NCBI RefSeq assembly: GCF_001194135.2
Contig: NC_068991.1
Location: forward strand, 65,220,907-65,284,906
Source of the DNA: Octopus bimaculoides
Lineage: Eukaryota
Direction of reading: 5' to 3'
DNA length: 64,000 nucleotides
Part shown: positions 14,811 through 28,925 of the stretch, piece after piece
How the letters are laid out: each line of letters begins with the position of its first letter
How positions within the stretch are numbered: position 1 is the stretch's first letter
The notes under the pieces: generated by a model
The model's input: the letters and a program-made list of their open reading frames with translations, nothing else
The model's database searches: none
Told to the model about the DNA's origin: nothing
Program-made: the position numbers and the translations under genes

Positions 14811-14940
14811 TTTCTTTCAACAAAATCCACTCACAAGGCTCTGGTCAGCCCAAGGCTATAGTAGGAACACTTGTCCAAGTGGGACCAAACCTGAGACCAC
14901 ATAGTCAGAAAGCAAGCTTCTCAACCACACAGCCATGTGT
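14545..14940 (-). mobile_element. SINE with RTE-type CATCAT…CACTTTTCCATGC tail and family A-like head
   Basis: The tail motif TTTAACGCCTACTTTTCCATGCTTGC recurs at ~16055, 24960, 27385 and 33045 (-) and at ~2980, 5470 and 25200 (+). Confidence 0.6.
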
Positions 14941-16726
14941 GTGCCTACCAGTGGCATAGCTAGGGTAAACTGCACCCAGGGCAAGCCACAAAAATGCACC
15001 ACACCCCTCCCCATCCCAACCAATTACAAAATCCACAATATTACACAGTACTTATTTGTTACAAGTAATTAATGATTTAAAGCAATATTTTGGGAATAAA
15101 TACTTTACCAGGGTTCATATACCTGCCGGTTCCGTACAGCCTGTAATTCAAAATATATTTTTTTGAATGCTTACTTTTACAAAGCCTTTTTTGACGCCCT
15201 TTGTAAAAATGTCCAGACATGAATGTGGAGAGCCATCATATTGCATTTACCTTCAATAACATAAAATGATATGCTGGAGATCCATCTTTACAACTGCAAT
15301 TTTATAAATGGAGTTCAAGCTTACTGTTTTATGGTCAAATCTGTGCTCCCCTTCAATCAGCGCCCAGGGCATGTACCCCCCCCCCTACTAGTCACGCTAT
15401 TTTTGCCTACATTATAAGTGGAAAATACAATGAAAAATACAAGTGAAAGAAAGTTAATGGATGGTTTGATATACAAGCTCAGAATCCAGATGACAGAATA
15501 TAAGACAACTTTTAAATTCGATTTTAAATTCATTTAAACAAGCTCAAACCAGACTAGAAAACCTGTCCTTACATGAGTCATTGACAGCAATCAATAAATT
15601 TGAAATCTAAAGAAGGATTAGATTAACTAACCAGTCAGATATGCTCATCAACAATCCTTTAATACCTGCAGCCTCAACCACTTCCATGAGAAGATAGACC
15701 TTGTCTTTTTTCATCCTGTTTTTAACCAAATCTGGCAGATCCAAATCCCCAACAACAACATTCAATGCTTTATTCCAAGCACAAGTTTTTATTCTGTATT
15801 CTGTCAAGTTTTTTCCAGCCTTTCCCAACCATGGAAAAAAAAGATGGAAAATAAATCTGAAAATTATATTTAATACTTCTAAAAACCAATTCTTAAGGAC
15901 TTTTACTTTAGCTGTTGTTGTTTAGCCACTGAATCAGTCACACAGCCTCACCCATGATCAAGTAGGCCTACAAAAATCTTTAATCAAAAGGGTTTAGCTG
16001 TAACCATCCTATTTTTCAGGCAATCTTCCTTATCATTTTCGGTGTGCATTACAAGCTTGCATGGGTCAGACGGAATTCGCTGAGGCAAATTTTCTATGGC
16101 TGGATGTCCTCCCATTGCCACAGTCACCTGTTTCCAAGCAGAGTCATAGCTCCCTCATAGCTGGACATGCTTTTCACAGAAGACTGGAAACAAACATCAT
16201 TTCTATGACAGTGATGCTCATACAATGGACTTGTTTCAGTCTATGTCTACTAAATCCACTCACAAGGCTTTGGTTGGCCTGGAGCTATAATAGGAGACAC
16301 ATGTCCAAGGTGCCAAGTAATGAAACTGAACCTGAAACCATATGGCTGGAAAGCAAGCTTCTAAACCACAGAGACATACCTGTGCCTACCATGCCAGCAA
16401 CTATGAGATTGTTTCCCAAATTGAAAAATGTATCTTAGATTACAATATTCAGTGTTAATTTCATTTGATTTCAAACGGTAGGAGATGATTATAGAAGGAT
16501 ATGGCTCTAATTGTCCTGTCATTATGTGATGGGTGTAAATAAGCATCACTGTCACTCATTTCCAATATGTTGTGTGAAAACAGGTCTGACCATGGTGAAA
16601 TATAACCTTGTTTGGAAATATGTGAGGGTTGGCAACACTAAGTGCATCCAACCAAAGAAAACATTCCTCAATAAACTCCTAACCCGTGAAAGCATGAAAG
16701 AACAGACATTAAAATGAATGAATGAA

Positions 16727-16872
16727 TGTATACATGCATGCAGGTATGTATGTATGTATGTATGTATGTATGTATGTATGTATGTATGTATGTATGTATG
16801 TAGGTATGTATGTAGGTATGTATGTAGGTATGTATGTAGGTATGTATGTATGTATGTAGGTATGTATGTATC
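16727..16872. repeat. (ATGT)n/(AGGT) tetranucleotide microsatellite running into a gap
   Basis: Read directly. Many other AC, AT, AAT and GA microsatellites occur throughout and often flank N gaps. Confidence 0.95.
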
Positions 16873-17686
16873 NNNNNNNNNNNNNNNNNNNNNNNNNNNN
16901 NNNNNNNNNNNNNNNNNNNNNNNNNNNNNNNNNNNNNNNNNNNNNNNNNNNNNNNNNNNNNNNNNNNNNNNNNNNNNNNNNNNNNNNNNNNNNNNNNNNN
17001 NNNNNNNNNNNNNNNNNNNNNNNNNNNNNNNNNNNNNNNNNNNNNNNNNNNNNNNNNNNNNNNNNNNNNNNNNNNNNNNNNNNNNNNNNNNNNNNNNNNN
17101 NNNNNNNNNNNNNNNNNNNNNNNNNNNNNNNNNNNNNNNNNNNNNNNNNNNNNNNNNNNNNNNNNNNNNNNNNNNNNNNNNNNNNNNNNNNNNNNNNNNN
17201 NNNNNNNNNNNNNNNNNNNNNNNNNNNNNNNNNNNNNNNNNNNNNNNNNNNNNNNNNNNNNNNNNNNNNNNNNNNNNNNNNNNNNNNNNNNNNNNNNNNN
17301 NNNNNNNNNNNNNNNNNNNNNNNNNNNNNNNNNNNNNNNNNNNNNNNNNNNNNNNNNNNNNNNNNNNNNNNNNNNNNNNNNNNNNNNNNNNNNNNNNNNN
17401 NNNNNNNNNNNNNNNNNNNNNNNNNNNNNNNNNNNNNNNNNNNNNNNNNNNNNNNNNNNNNNNNNNNNNNNNNNNNNNNNNNNNNNNNNNNNNNNNNNNN
17501 NNNNNNNNNNNNNNNNNTGAAAAAGTTGATGAGGGTTTGGCCAAAGAGGGAAGTGTCTGGCTTTAGCCCTTTCAATCGAGTCCACCTTACTACTTCTTTT
17601 GCTACAGCCACCAGACAAATGGAAATTGTCTTTCCCTTTATTCCTTTACTCTTTTCTTGCCTTTGGCTTTGTTTTTGCATATCCAT

Positions 17687-17726
<40 letters not shown>

Positions 17727-18990
17727 ACATATACACACACACACACACTTCCTACGTTTTAGTCACACATTCTCATATGCATAACTAGTGACAGAAAAAA
17801 ATATTCAATCATTGTAGAGCTCATTCATCAGAAGGTGATGAGTCATTCCATTGCGACATCACTTCAGAATGAATATATAAATAAACGTGTGTGTGCATGT
17901 ATGTAGTTCTGTTTTGTTTGTTTTTTTCTCATAAGATGGAGAAGTTGAAAACCTAGTTATTATGCATATTGAGCTAAAATACTAGTAAGTTGCATAATTC
18001 TGCCAAATAGCCAACCAGCCAGCTGGACTCTGTTCATCCATACCCTTTCGGAATTTCTTCTCTGCTAAAAAACAGTGATGTTTTATGACATCTCAATCTG
18101 TAAGAAAAGAACTAATGTATTTATAGAGCATGTTCTGCCAGCAGGCAAACACGTGGGCTGGGCCAATGACAATAATAATAACTGGTGGTGTTTCATGAGA
18201 CAGAAAAAAATCCGTTATGAGGAAACAGTTATAAAATATTTGCAGTGCATTGAAACATCTTCAATCTCCAAACAGAAGTTAAAACAAATGGGTCAAACAA
18301 ATTTCAAATGAAGTCATCCTCCTACATCACTGAAATAGGGTAGAAGTGGAAATATATTACATCAACTGTTACTGAACACTCAGTTATAAAGGGGGGGGGG
18401 TTGCTGAATCCTGGGGCAACTCTGGGTAGACCAGTGATTCTCAACTGGGATCCATATCGGCCTTAGGAGCCCACATAAGATTTTGTTGTTAAAATTCATC
18501 TACAATAAACTAGTTACTTCTTCAATACACAAAATGTTTTAATTTGTTTTTATACAATTCCTAATGATATTTAATTATAAAAATACAATAGGATTTTTTA
18601 CACATCAAATGGCTATGAGGATCCACCTGAGTGAAACAGGAATCAAAGGAATCAACTATATTTTACCATAAGTAAAATATGGTCGAGAACCTCTGGGGCA
18701 GACCTATGAATAAGGAGACTAGTTGTTACCATCCTCTCCTTAGATATTGCATATCTAGGACTACATTATTCCATATGTCCCACTCTGTTCATGTACATGG
18801 AGTGTAATTTTAAAGTGATTTGGCTACTATTTCTAGAAAGTGGAGCAAGTTTGTAGAACAGTGGCTCTCAACCTTTTTAATATCCAGGCTAGATCCAAAA
18901 ACCAGGTTTCTTTTTTTTATTTTTTTTTTGGGGGGGGGGGTCACACCAAAAAAAGTATAAAAAAGAAAAGTCAATTAAAGAAAAATTTAT

Positions 18991-19326
18991 TCTCTTTTAC
19001 TAGTTTCAGTCATTTGACTACAGCCATGCTGGAGCACCGCCTTTAGTCAAGCAAATCAAGCCCAGGACTTATTCTTTGTAAGCCTAGTACTTATTCACAC
19101 CGCCATCGGTTGTCAAGCGATGGTGGGGGGGACAAACACAGACACACCAACATATATATACACATATATACGACGGGCTTCTTTCAGTTTCCGTCTACCA
19201 AATCCACTCACAAGGCTTTGGTCAGCCCGAGGCTATAGTAGAAGACACTTGCCCAAGGTACCACGCAGTGGGACTGAACCCGGAACCATGCGGTTGAGAA
19301 GCAAGCTACTTACCACACAGCCACTC
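18991..19326 (-). mobile_element. SINE family A, near full length
   Basis: Reverse complement of the family A sequence (…GGGACTGAACCCGGAACC…TTACCACACAGCCAC). Confidence 0.85.
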
Positions 19327-20056
19327 CTTCACCTAGACTGTTGGGAGCTGTCAGAAGGATGCCTGAAAGACACATTCAGCCCTGAGAGCTGCTACTGAGA
19401 ACCACCGATGTAGAGTCTTCCTTGTTCCCTCATGCTCTAATGCATTTGTTGTCATTGTTTAGACCCTGATCAGTCTTGATTGAGTATATGACAAGAGCTA
19501 TTTCATCTCTAACCATCCCATTGTTTTTGGGGTATGCAGGACTTATCTAATGTAGCCTTTACTTACTAAAGACGGTAAAATGAGGGAGATTTGGCTGCTA
19601 TCCTCATTGTAGCACTGAATGTTAACATTACTAAGCCCCAAGTCAGCTCTGATCAAGCCGACCCAGTCAAAGGTACTCCCCTCCAAGTATGCCTAACCTG
19701 TCCTCTTGCATACCAGGAACTACATATTCAGCATGTCCTTTTTAAGATGGTAAGTTATAATTTGGGGGAATTTAGCTGCTATTTCTAGCCGTTCATTACT
19801 GGCTCATGTGGTACAGCGCTATATTGTTATGTGGTGTAGGTTTGTTTATAGAATAGGGCTGGTTAGTCTACTTGCAGACAGATGTTTATCTTGTGACATT
19901 TAGTGACACATTTATGAGAGAGAGAACCAATATTTTGCCGAACATTCATACATTCATTCGTCAACGTTGTTACTAACCTTGTCAACACTTTAATATAACC
20001 AGCTCAGTTAATAGTTCTTACATTTCCTAAATCTCAAACATCTTTTAAGGACAAGT

Positions 20057-20586
20057 GGATCTTTTTTAAAACGGGGGCCACATTTTTCATTAATGTTTTA
20101 CGTAGTGTTTTTGGTAACGAAAGACTTTCAAACTTCGTATAGTTATCTATTTTGTGTTATAGAACAGAAAAATATTTTTGTATTCGAATTTATTTCATGT
20201 AGAAAATTGTCTTATTTCGATAATTTCAACCAATCACTGACGTCCATTCAGCCGATATATTGCTTTTTTCATTTTAAATTTGCTTTAACCCTAACCCTAA
20301 CTCTAACCCTAACCCTAGGGTTAGAGTTAGGGTTAGGGTTAGGGTTAATTGTTTCAGAATCGTTTGTTTATGTAGTCGGCGCTTAATGTATATCGGCTGA
20401 ATGGACGTCAGTGATTGGTTGAAATTACAGAAATACGACAACTTTAACATGGAATAATTTATGGATTTCTTTTTTTTTTAAGAAGACTAAGAGAAAAAGA
20501 TGTTTTATATGACACATTCTACCAGTGTTCCAAGTTTCAAAGTGTTTCGTTAATGAAAAATGTGGCCCCCGTTTTAAAAAAGATCC
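20057..20586. mobile_element. Non-autonomous TIR element (MITE) with 8-bp TSD and inverted telomeric-repeat core; Merlin-like by termini
   Basis: Perfect 37-bp TIR GGATCTTTTTTAAAACGGGGGCCACATTTTTCATTAA. TSD GGACAAGT at 20049-20056 and 20587-20594. Perfect internal 38-bp inverted repeat. Central (TAACCC)n/(GGGTTA)n. Confidence 0.9.
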
Positions 20587-20704
20587 GGACAAGTTCTTAG
20601 TTTTAATTACAAATGATAAATAAATGCCAGCAAAATTACACATAGGGCTTCCATCAGTCAGTGGTCATCATGCATTGATAGGTTTCTAAGCAGCCTTAGG
20701 AAAA

Positions 20705-21068
20705 TATTTTGGTCTTTTACTTGCTTCAGTCACTGGACTGCAGCCACACGGGAGCACCACCTTGAAGGGTTTAGTAGAACAAATCAACCCTAGTACTTAT
20801 TTCTGGAGTCTATTACCTATTCCGTTGGTCTCTTTTGCCAAACCACTAAGTTATGGGGATGTAAATTAACCAACACTAGTTGTCAAGCAGTGGTGAGGGA
20901 CAAACACAAGAACACACACACACAGATATAACAATATATACCAAATGGGCTTCCACAGTTTCTCTCTACCAAATTCACTCAAGACACTTGCCAATGGTGC
21001 CATGAAGTGAGACTGAACTTGAAACATCGTGGTTGCAAAGAGAGCTCCCTGACCACACAGCCACACCT
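20705..21068 (-). mobile_element. SINE family A, diverged
   Basis: Reverse-complement match to the family A head and tail. Confidence 0.75.
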
Positions 21069-21949
21069 ACACCTAAAAATAATGCATTCCCTGGCCAGGA
21101 ATCAAGCCTGGATTTGAAAAGTAAACATTCTGAAGGATTAACCCTTTAACATTTAAACTAGCCATATCAGCCTAAATGTGCTACCTGTTTTATGTTGAAA
21201 CTGGCCAGACCTAGACACTCACACCTACCCTACAAAGTCATTTTAAAAATAAACAATCACGTCTTCAAAATCTTGAAGCTACAAGATACTACATGGTTAA
21301 TTTTTAAAAATTTGGATAAATAAGCATTACATTTGATAAATTAATCTGAATACTTAGGACTTTAAACATTATCTTACTTTTTTACAGGAAACCTCTATAT
21401 TACCATTCAACCAGCTAGAGATAGTAAACAAATCTCTTAAATCACAATCCATCGACTTTAAAAAAAAAAAGTACATTAGATGAAATCGTCTTAGATACAC
21501 TATGATTGAAAAAAAATTGATAGGATGAGATGATCAGGGTTGGAAATTCTTTGAACATAGGTGTGCTTGATAAGGCTTACTGGGGTTAAATAACAGCAGT
21601 GTACAACCAGTAGTTTTATGTGGAAAGAAAGAGGGATAACTCCCAACTTGACACAATAAAAAATAGAGAAGCTCTTTCACAAATGCTGATCATGTGGGGG
21701 GAGGTATATGAACCATGGGAGCATTAATAATTCAAACTTGAAATGATTATAGAAAAAAAGAGATGCCCTCACATTTGCTAATCAATTGGTTTTTATCAAA
21801 GACACAAGATCCCTCATCACTGATAACAAACTGACTTTATGAAAAAGGACAAGATGGAATATCTTTAGTTTCAAACCTATTGATACCAATTAAATACTAA
21901 AATCTCTGGAATATCAGAGAACAAAAATCAAAACATACTAAAATATCAT

Positions 21950-22320
21950 TATTTCTTTCTTCTTCTTGCCTTTAACCCTCCAACGTGGAGTATAGGCCAC
22001 TTATAATTGAATTCCATGTCGCATAATTTCTCGCTTCTGTACTTATACTCTGCCATGAATGTCCCTCTTTCTCTAGTTCCTTTTGTGTTGATCTACGCCA
22101 CGAGTTCTTAGGCCTACCCCTCTTTCTGTATCCATCCGGATTCCACTGTAAAGCACTTTTCGTTACATTTGGTGTGTCCTTTCTAATCGTGCTACCAATC
22201 CACTTCCACTTAAAATCAGATGAACCAAACACATAAGCAATATGGAGCTATGGCAAAGAACGAATCAAGTTTCGATTAGGGAGCACATATTTAAGAAAAC
22301 TATCGTTATACTGCAAATAA
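21950..22320 (-). mobile_element. RTE-clade LINE 3' end
   Basis: KWKWIGSTIRKDTPNVTKSALQWNPDGYRKRGRPKNSWRRSTQKELEK…WNSIISGLYSTLEG* followed by an AAG-rich tail. This is a classic RTE C-terminus. Confidence 0.9.
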
Positions 22321-22454
22321 TTTCATAAATGCACAGCCAATAAAGAAGTCACTACACTAACTCTCAACCTGCTAAAAGATATCAACAAAATTTTTCTCAA
22401 ATCATAAACTTCTAATTTGACCAAAAAAAAAAAATGAAATACAGGGAGGTGGGT

Positions 22455-22815
22455 ACAGGCATAGCTGGGTAGTAAGAAGTTCACTTCCCAACCACATGGT
22501 TCTGGATTCAGTCCCACAGTGTGGCAACTTGGGCAAGTGTCTTCTATCATAGTCCAGGGCCAACTTAAGCTTTGTGAGTGAATTTGGTAGAGAGAAAATG
22601 AAAAAAGTTTGTGTGTGTATACTACCATTTGACAACTAGTGTTGGTTTGATTACATCCCCATAACTGAACAGTTCAGCTGAAGAGACCGATATATTAAGT
22701 AACAGACTTAAAGAATAAATAGATACTGGGGTTAATTTGTTTGGGTAAAACCCTTCAAGGTAGTGCCCCAACATGGCCACAGTCCAATGACTGCAATAAG
22801 TAAAAGAAAGTAAAA
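22455..22815 (+). mobile_element. SINE family A, diverged
   Basis: Head, CORE-like segment and tail all recognisable. Confidence 0.75.
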
Positions 22816-23275
22816 GAGAAGACGCATTTCTGTACAAGTTTGTGCATCAGACTGACAGTAATGAGAACATTCCACTTCTATCATTCATAGGATGAGACCC
22901 AATTTAGTTTATAGCATCTCCATTTTTAGAGAAAGGGATTTTGTGGGTTACATTTACCCCCCTTCCCTCTTCACAAAACAAAGCCATGTAATGTACATAT
23001 GGTTTTATTATCTTGTAAGTAATTTTTAAGTATTTAGTGTATGTGCAAGCATGGAGACACAAACAAGCGGGGATGAGGGTAGCGGAGGTGAGGAGATGGC
23101 GATAAAAACTATAAAAGATAGTGAAGGGAAACAATAGAATCGTAAGGAAAGTAATGATGGTTTGTGCAGATATGTAGAAGCAAACAGTTGATAAAATTCA
23201 TAAAAATAAGACAAACTAAAATGCTGTGAAGAAAAGCATGTTCTGAATCATTTTGTGAATTGTATATAAATATAC

Positions 23276-23452
23276 AGGAGTGGCTGTGTGGCAAGTAGCT
23301 TGCTTACCAACCACATGGTTCCGGGTTCAGTCCCACTGCGTGGCACCTTGGGCAAGTGTCTTCTACTATAGCCTTGGGCCAGCCAAAACCTTGTGAGTGG
23401 ATTTGGTAGACGGAAACTGAAAGAAGCCTCTGTGTGCGTGTGCGTGTGCGTG

Positions 23453-23500
<48 letters not shown>

Positions 23501-23700
23501 TGTGTGTGTGTGTCTCCACCCATCATCGTTTGACAGCTGATGTTGGTGTGTTTACGTACTCGAAACTTAGCGGTTCGGCAAAAGAGACTGTTAGAATAAG
23601 TGCTAGGCTTACAAAGAATAGGTCCTGGGGTCTATTTGTTCAACTAAAGGCGGTGCTCCAGCATGGCCGCAGCCAAGACGACTGAAACAAATAAAAGAAT
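23276..23700 (+). mobile_element. SINE family A, young full-length copy with internal (GCGT)n
   Basis: Near-consensus head GGAGTGGCTGTGTGGTAAG-like and tail. Many CpGs retained. Confidence 0.9.
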
Positions 23701-24714
23701 ACAATTCTGTTGCAGAGCTCAGTTATTCAATTGTTGAAATAATCTAGCACTGAGTTACTTTTTCTTTGTTAATTGGGTTCTAATAGAAAATATCAACATA
23801 CTAAAATTAAGTGAAGGCACATGACCTTGTGGTTAAGGTGTTGCACTCGCAACCACAAGAACATGGTTTCAATTCCAGGAACAAGCAGTGCAGTGTGTTC
23901 TTGAGCAAAATACCTCATTTCACTTGGCTCCAGCCCACTCAGCTGTAAATGAGTAATGCTGCAACAGACCAGCATCCCATCAGGGGCAAAATTGTGATCT
24001 CGGTTACTTATTTGCCAAGGAACCCAAGCGACTGGCCTTATGAGTCCGAAGACCCAAAACAGTAATGGCCAGGGTTTGATGATGGTAATACCAAAAGCAA
24101 GATATCATCAGATGGACAAATAATCAATGCAGCCTCTTGATAGTCACATAAGATTTCACTCTACTACATACAACATAACCACTAGTGTTGTAACTCTTTA
24201 GCATTCAGATTTCTTTGTCAAATGTAATGCTTATTCATTCATATTGATTTGAATTAGCCATACATTACCTTTGTAGCTTTGAGATTTCAATTACATAATT
24301 GTTTATTTTTAGAACAATATTGTAGAGTAGGCCAGAGCTGGCCAGTCTGAAGATAAAAACAGATATAAATATTTTGGCCAGATATGGTTGTTTTAACCTT
24401 TTAAAATTCAAACAGGCTATATCCAGCCAAAATATTCTACCAGTTTTATGTCCAAACTAGCCAGATCTGGCCTCTTACACATACCCTACAATGTCATTCT
24501 GAAAATAAACAACCCCATCATAATCTTGAAACTATGAGATAATACATGATTAATTAAAATAATGTGAATAAATAAACATTACTGAATGCTTAAGGGTTAA
24601 ATTCTAAAGGTTAATGGCTATTTTTTTCTGTTACAGCAGAGGTTACCTTTGCAGGCTCAATAACAGCCATCTCTATTTTGCCCAATCTGCTACATCTTCT
24701 CTCACCACACCCCT

Positions 24715-24900
24715 TTGCTCTCAGTTTCTCTTCTATCATCTTCAATCATGACTTTTGTCAATCTTCCTCTTTCTCTATTCCTTCTACAGTCATTCCCTCC
24801 ACTCTTCTCACTCAGGTACTGTCATCCTTCTTCAGCATATGACCCACCCAGCCTATCCCTTCGTTATATATTCTTTCCATCCTCAGTACATGCTTTATCA
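24715..24900 (-). mobile_element. RTE-like LINE 3' fragment, decayed
   Basis: RLGG/GHMLKKDDST*VRRVEGMTVEG…RGR-like translation, broken by frameshifts. Confidence 0.5.
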
Positions 24901-25575
24901 CTTGTCATCATTTACATTTTTCACTATTACATATTTGGAAGTATTTGTAGGAGACCATCATCATCATTTTAACATCCACTTTTCCATGCTTGCTTGACTC
25001 AGACAGAATTTGTTGAGGCAGATATTCTACGTATGACCAGACATGTGTACACAGAAGACTGTGGAAATGAATGACACCGCTTGTATAATGACGACATTTA
25101 TAAATGATGACCTCACTAGTGTTGATGCCACAAAAAAAAAAAAAAAGCACCCAGTACATGCTGTAATGTGGTTGGCATTAGGAAGAGTATCTGACCATAG
25201 AAATCAAGCTAAGCAGACACCAGGAGAATGATGCAGTCCTTGGGACCATTACACACTGTCAAATTGTCCAACCCATGCCGGCATGAAAGATTGATGATAA
25301 ATGAGGACGATGTGATATCAAAATGAAACATATTTATATATATATAAGAACTAAGGGTAAAAACTATTATTAAAAACAGCAATTTATACCAGCATGTGTA
25401 AAAAAATGTCCAAGGACTGCAAATTATATTCAAATATAAGAGGAAAGCCACTAAGTGGTTTCCTTACATGCTGAAAGTAGATGCCAAATCGTCTAACCAT
25501 GAAAAATACATTCTCATTTAACAACACATTGGATGTACGTATGCAAGACACTATGAAAAGATATAAAAGGACCAA

Positions 25576-25608
<33 letters not shown>

Positions 25609-28499
25609 NNNNNNNNNNNNNNNNNNNNNNNNNNNNNNNNNNNNNNNNNNNNNNNNNNNNNNNNNNNNNNNNNNNNNNNNNNNNNNNNNNNNNNNNNNNN
25701 NNNNNNNNNNNNNNNNNNNNNNNNNNNNNNNNNNNNNNNNNNNNNNNNNNNNNNNNNNNNNNNNNNNNNNNNNNNNNNNNNNNNNNNNNNNNNNNNNNNN
25801 NNNNNNNNNNNNNNNNNNNNNNNNNNNNNNNNNNNNNNNNNNNNNNNNNNNNNNNNNNNNNNNNNNNNNNNNNNNNNNNNNNNNNNNNNNNNNNNATATA
25901 TATATATATATAAGAGCAATGTAGTTTGCTTGAAGGATTGTAATATCAAAGAAGGGAAAAGGGAAATTGGAAAAGCTTCTGATAATGTGGAAAGTTTCAC
26001 AAAACCTTTATATTTCAGACACAAAAGCTCATCCTGAGAAGAAAAACAGTTTGGGAAATGTCTTGTTATACAGGTTCCATAAACCTATTCAAATTCCTCA
26101 TCACACTGAATAGGTTAAGGGAACACGTATAACTAGACATTTCTCAGACTGTTTCTCTTCTGCACCTAAAATATAAAGGTTTTGTGAAAATTTCTGTATT
26201 GTCAGAAGCTTTCCTACCTTGCTTTTTCTCGAGATATACACACACACACACACAATTCTGTTTCCATCTATCAAATCCACTCACAACGCTTTGGTTTGCT
26301 CAGGGATTATCCAAGGTGCCATGAAGTGTGACTGAACCTAAAACCATACGGTTGGGAAGTGAATTCAACTAAAAACAAAATAGCATCTCTTTTTAACTTG
26401 GTATAAGCTTCACCCTCCACACACACACACACAAAGAGTAATAGCAGTTAACATGAAAATCAATGAACAGTGTAACAGAATTAGAACTTAGAATAACACT
26501 AACGATCAAAATACAACAATCTAGTTTAATTTTTTAAACTTTTATAGTAACTTCTTTCATTCAGACAACCAGGTACCAGCCACCGCTCATAAAAATATGT
26601 ACTTCTCAGAGACACTAGTATAGTTTTACATAACCAAGAATAAAAATAATTAAAAAGAAGTAAACTAGCCATGTGTTAGTGTAGCAAACTGTTGCCATGA
26701 AAATCAGATCAATTCTGTGGCACCACTAAATAGTATTTACCTTATAACCTTTTCTTGTGTAACTATCAATAACCTTTGTTATTCTGCACTCATTAAACTA
26801 TTATCTTTCGCTACTCCTGCAGTCTATCATCTCTCACAAGTATGTCTAATCTCCCTCTTCCAATACAATATACAAACTATTAAACACCTATAGATAAGGG
26901 AGCTGATGTAGAAGCTTCTGCGCAGATGTTGGAACTTAGAAATAACAGCCAGATCTCCCTCAAATTCCACCATACTGTGGCACACTATGATACCTAAATA
27001 CACCATAATTGTAAAAAGTTACAACCATAGCTTGAATATTCTTGATCATAGGTCTCCTAGCGCAGAATGGACCTGAGCTAAATAACAATACTACCACACC
27101 TATGATTATATTCTTCTCTTCCTTTGAGCCAAAAGGTCAGAAGTTCAAAGTATGCCTATGACATTGAATTATCTCTAAATAAGATAAATATAATAATCCC
27201 TATTATCTCAAACTGGCTGACAACAGCAAGAAAAAAACAAAAACAAAATAAGTCAAGCACTATTTTCCATTTTATAATGAAAATCTCAATGACAACTGCT
27301 ACCTGTAAAATTCTGGCCACAACTACTCATTCATACAAATGTTTAAATTTACAAAACCATCCTACCCACAATAGTTATGATCATCATCATCGAATTAACC
27401 TCCACTTTTCTATGCTTGTATGGGTCGGAGAGAATTTGTTGAGGTGGATTTCTTATGAATGAATGTCCTTCCTGTCGCCAACTCTCACTGGTATCCAAGC
27501 AAGGTAATATTTCTCCATGGCACCCTAAGCAAGGGTCTTCTATTATAAGCCCTGGTTAACCAATGGTTTGTGAGTATATTTAGTAGAGAGAAACTGTGTG
27601 GAAGCCTGTTGTGTGTGTGTGTGTGTGTGTTCCCCTATCTCCACCATCCAGACTTACAAAATAAGTACTAGGTTACGTTTGTTCAACTAAAACCTTTCAA
27701 GGCACACTCCAACGACTGAAGCAAGTAAAAAGATAAGATAAAAAGCAAGCTAATGCCGCAAATAGTATACAGGTTCACTGGCCCTCTTGCCCTCAGGACA
27801 TCATTATTGATTTTCCTACTAAATATATAAATATCACCATAACCTACTAGAAAAACTTCTGGGCCATATGGCTCATCTTGTGCATCAGTGATCTTGAAAC
27901 TACGTTCAGCATGGAAGACATGTGCCCAATATAAAAAAGAGAGAAAGTAGTTTAACTTCCCATGCTGATATGGTATGGATGGGTAATTACAAACACGTAC
28001 ATGGTATGGGATACATTATCACATGCTTTGTCTTAATACATAAATCATATAATGATGAAAATAGATAAAACAACGATATAAGTGTGGCAGGTTAAATTCT
28101 GAATATTAAGTAATTGTTATAAAATATAATCCTGGTAGGAATAACAGCCAAATCTTCCTTGAATTAACACCCTACTGTCTTTAAAAAACGAACACATTGG
28201 ATATTGTGATCATACATAAATAAATAAGATGAGGTGGTTGCAACTGGACTGCTTTTGATTATGTGTGTGTGTATGTGTGTGTGTGTGTGTGTGTGTTCTC
28301 AGTCAGGGCTGGCCTGAAACTAATCAACAGCAGATGGAAGTTTCCAGCGATGCTCACCTTCAAAAGCCTTATGCTTAGTATAGTTACTATTAATACAGAA
28401 CATTATTTTTCAGCATCCTAAAAACTTCTCAAAGATTTGGCTTTTTTTCTGTAAATTCATGTTATACTTTCAGATATCTATTATCAGCCTATTTTACAT

Positions 28500-28925
28500 C
28501 CATCATGGATGAGATAGGTTTTCTCTAGCACAGCATCTTACCATTTATTGCAGTCCTTTGTCATCATGTTTGTGAGGTTCAGCTTCTTGATATCAGCATG
28601 TACCCCTTATTTCCACATCTCACTCACTCTTCCCCTTCTATAGACCCTTCCATTTGGATTGTTTGGTAATTCTTTACCTACCTGTCCTTTTCCATTTCCA
28701 CCACCACATGTCTGTACCAGCACACATCTTTGATTCCTTGTACACCCAGTTTTTCTCAGTTCATTTATACACCATCATTCATGCACAATAACATTTAGAC
28801 ATCCAGTGAAGCATGGTCACTTCGGTTATTTGCAGCCTCCACACACCTCTCACATTCAATGCCCATGTTTCGCTATCATGCAACATTGCACTTATATGCA
28901 AGTGTCATTTCTGCCTATCACACAG
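28500..28925 (-). mobile_element. RTE-like LINE 3' fragment, decayed
   Basis: Purine-rich minus strand with RTE-like C-terminal composition and a GAT tail. The frame is broken. Confidence 0.45.

Noticed and set aside
10268-17762. Long ORFs in the track made of X, HT/TH, YI, CV or LLL runs (here and throughout)
   Set aside because: They are translations of N gaps and microsatellites.
20286-20347. Inverted telomeric repeats as a chromosome-fusion scar
   Set aside because: The orientation is (CCCTAA)n-(TTAGGG)n, opposite to an end-to-end fusion. The array also sits inside a TIR element with a TSD and a second copy.
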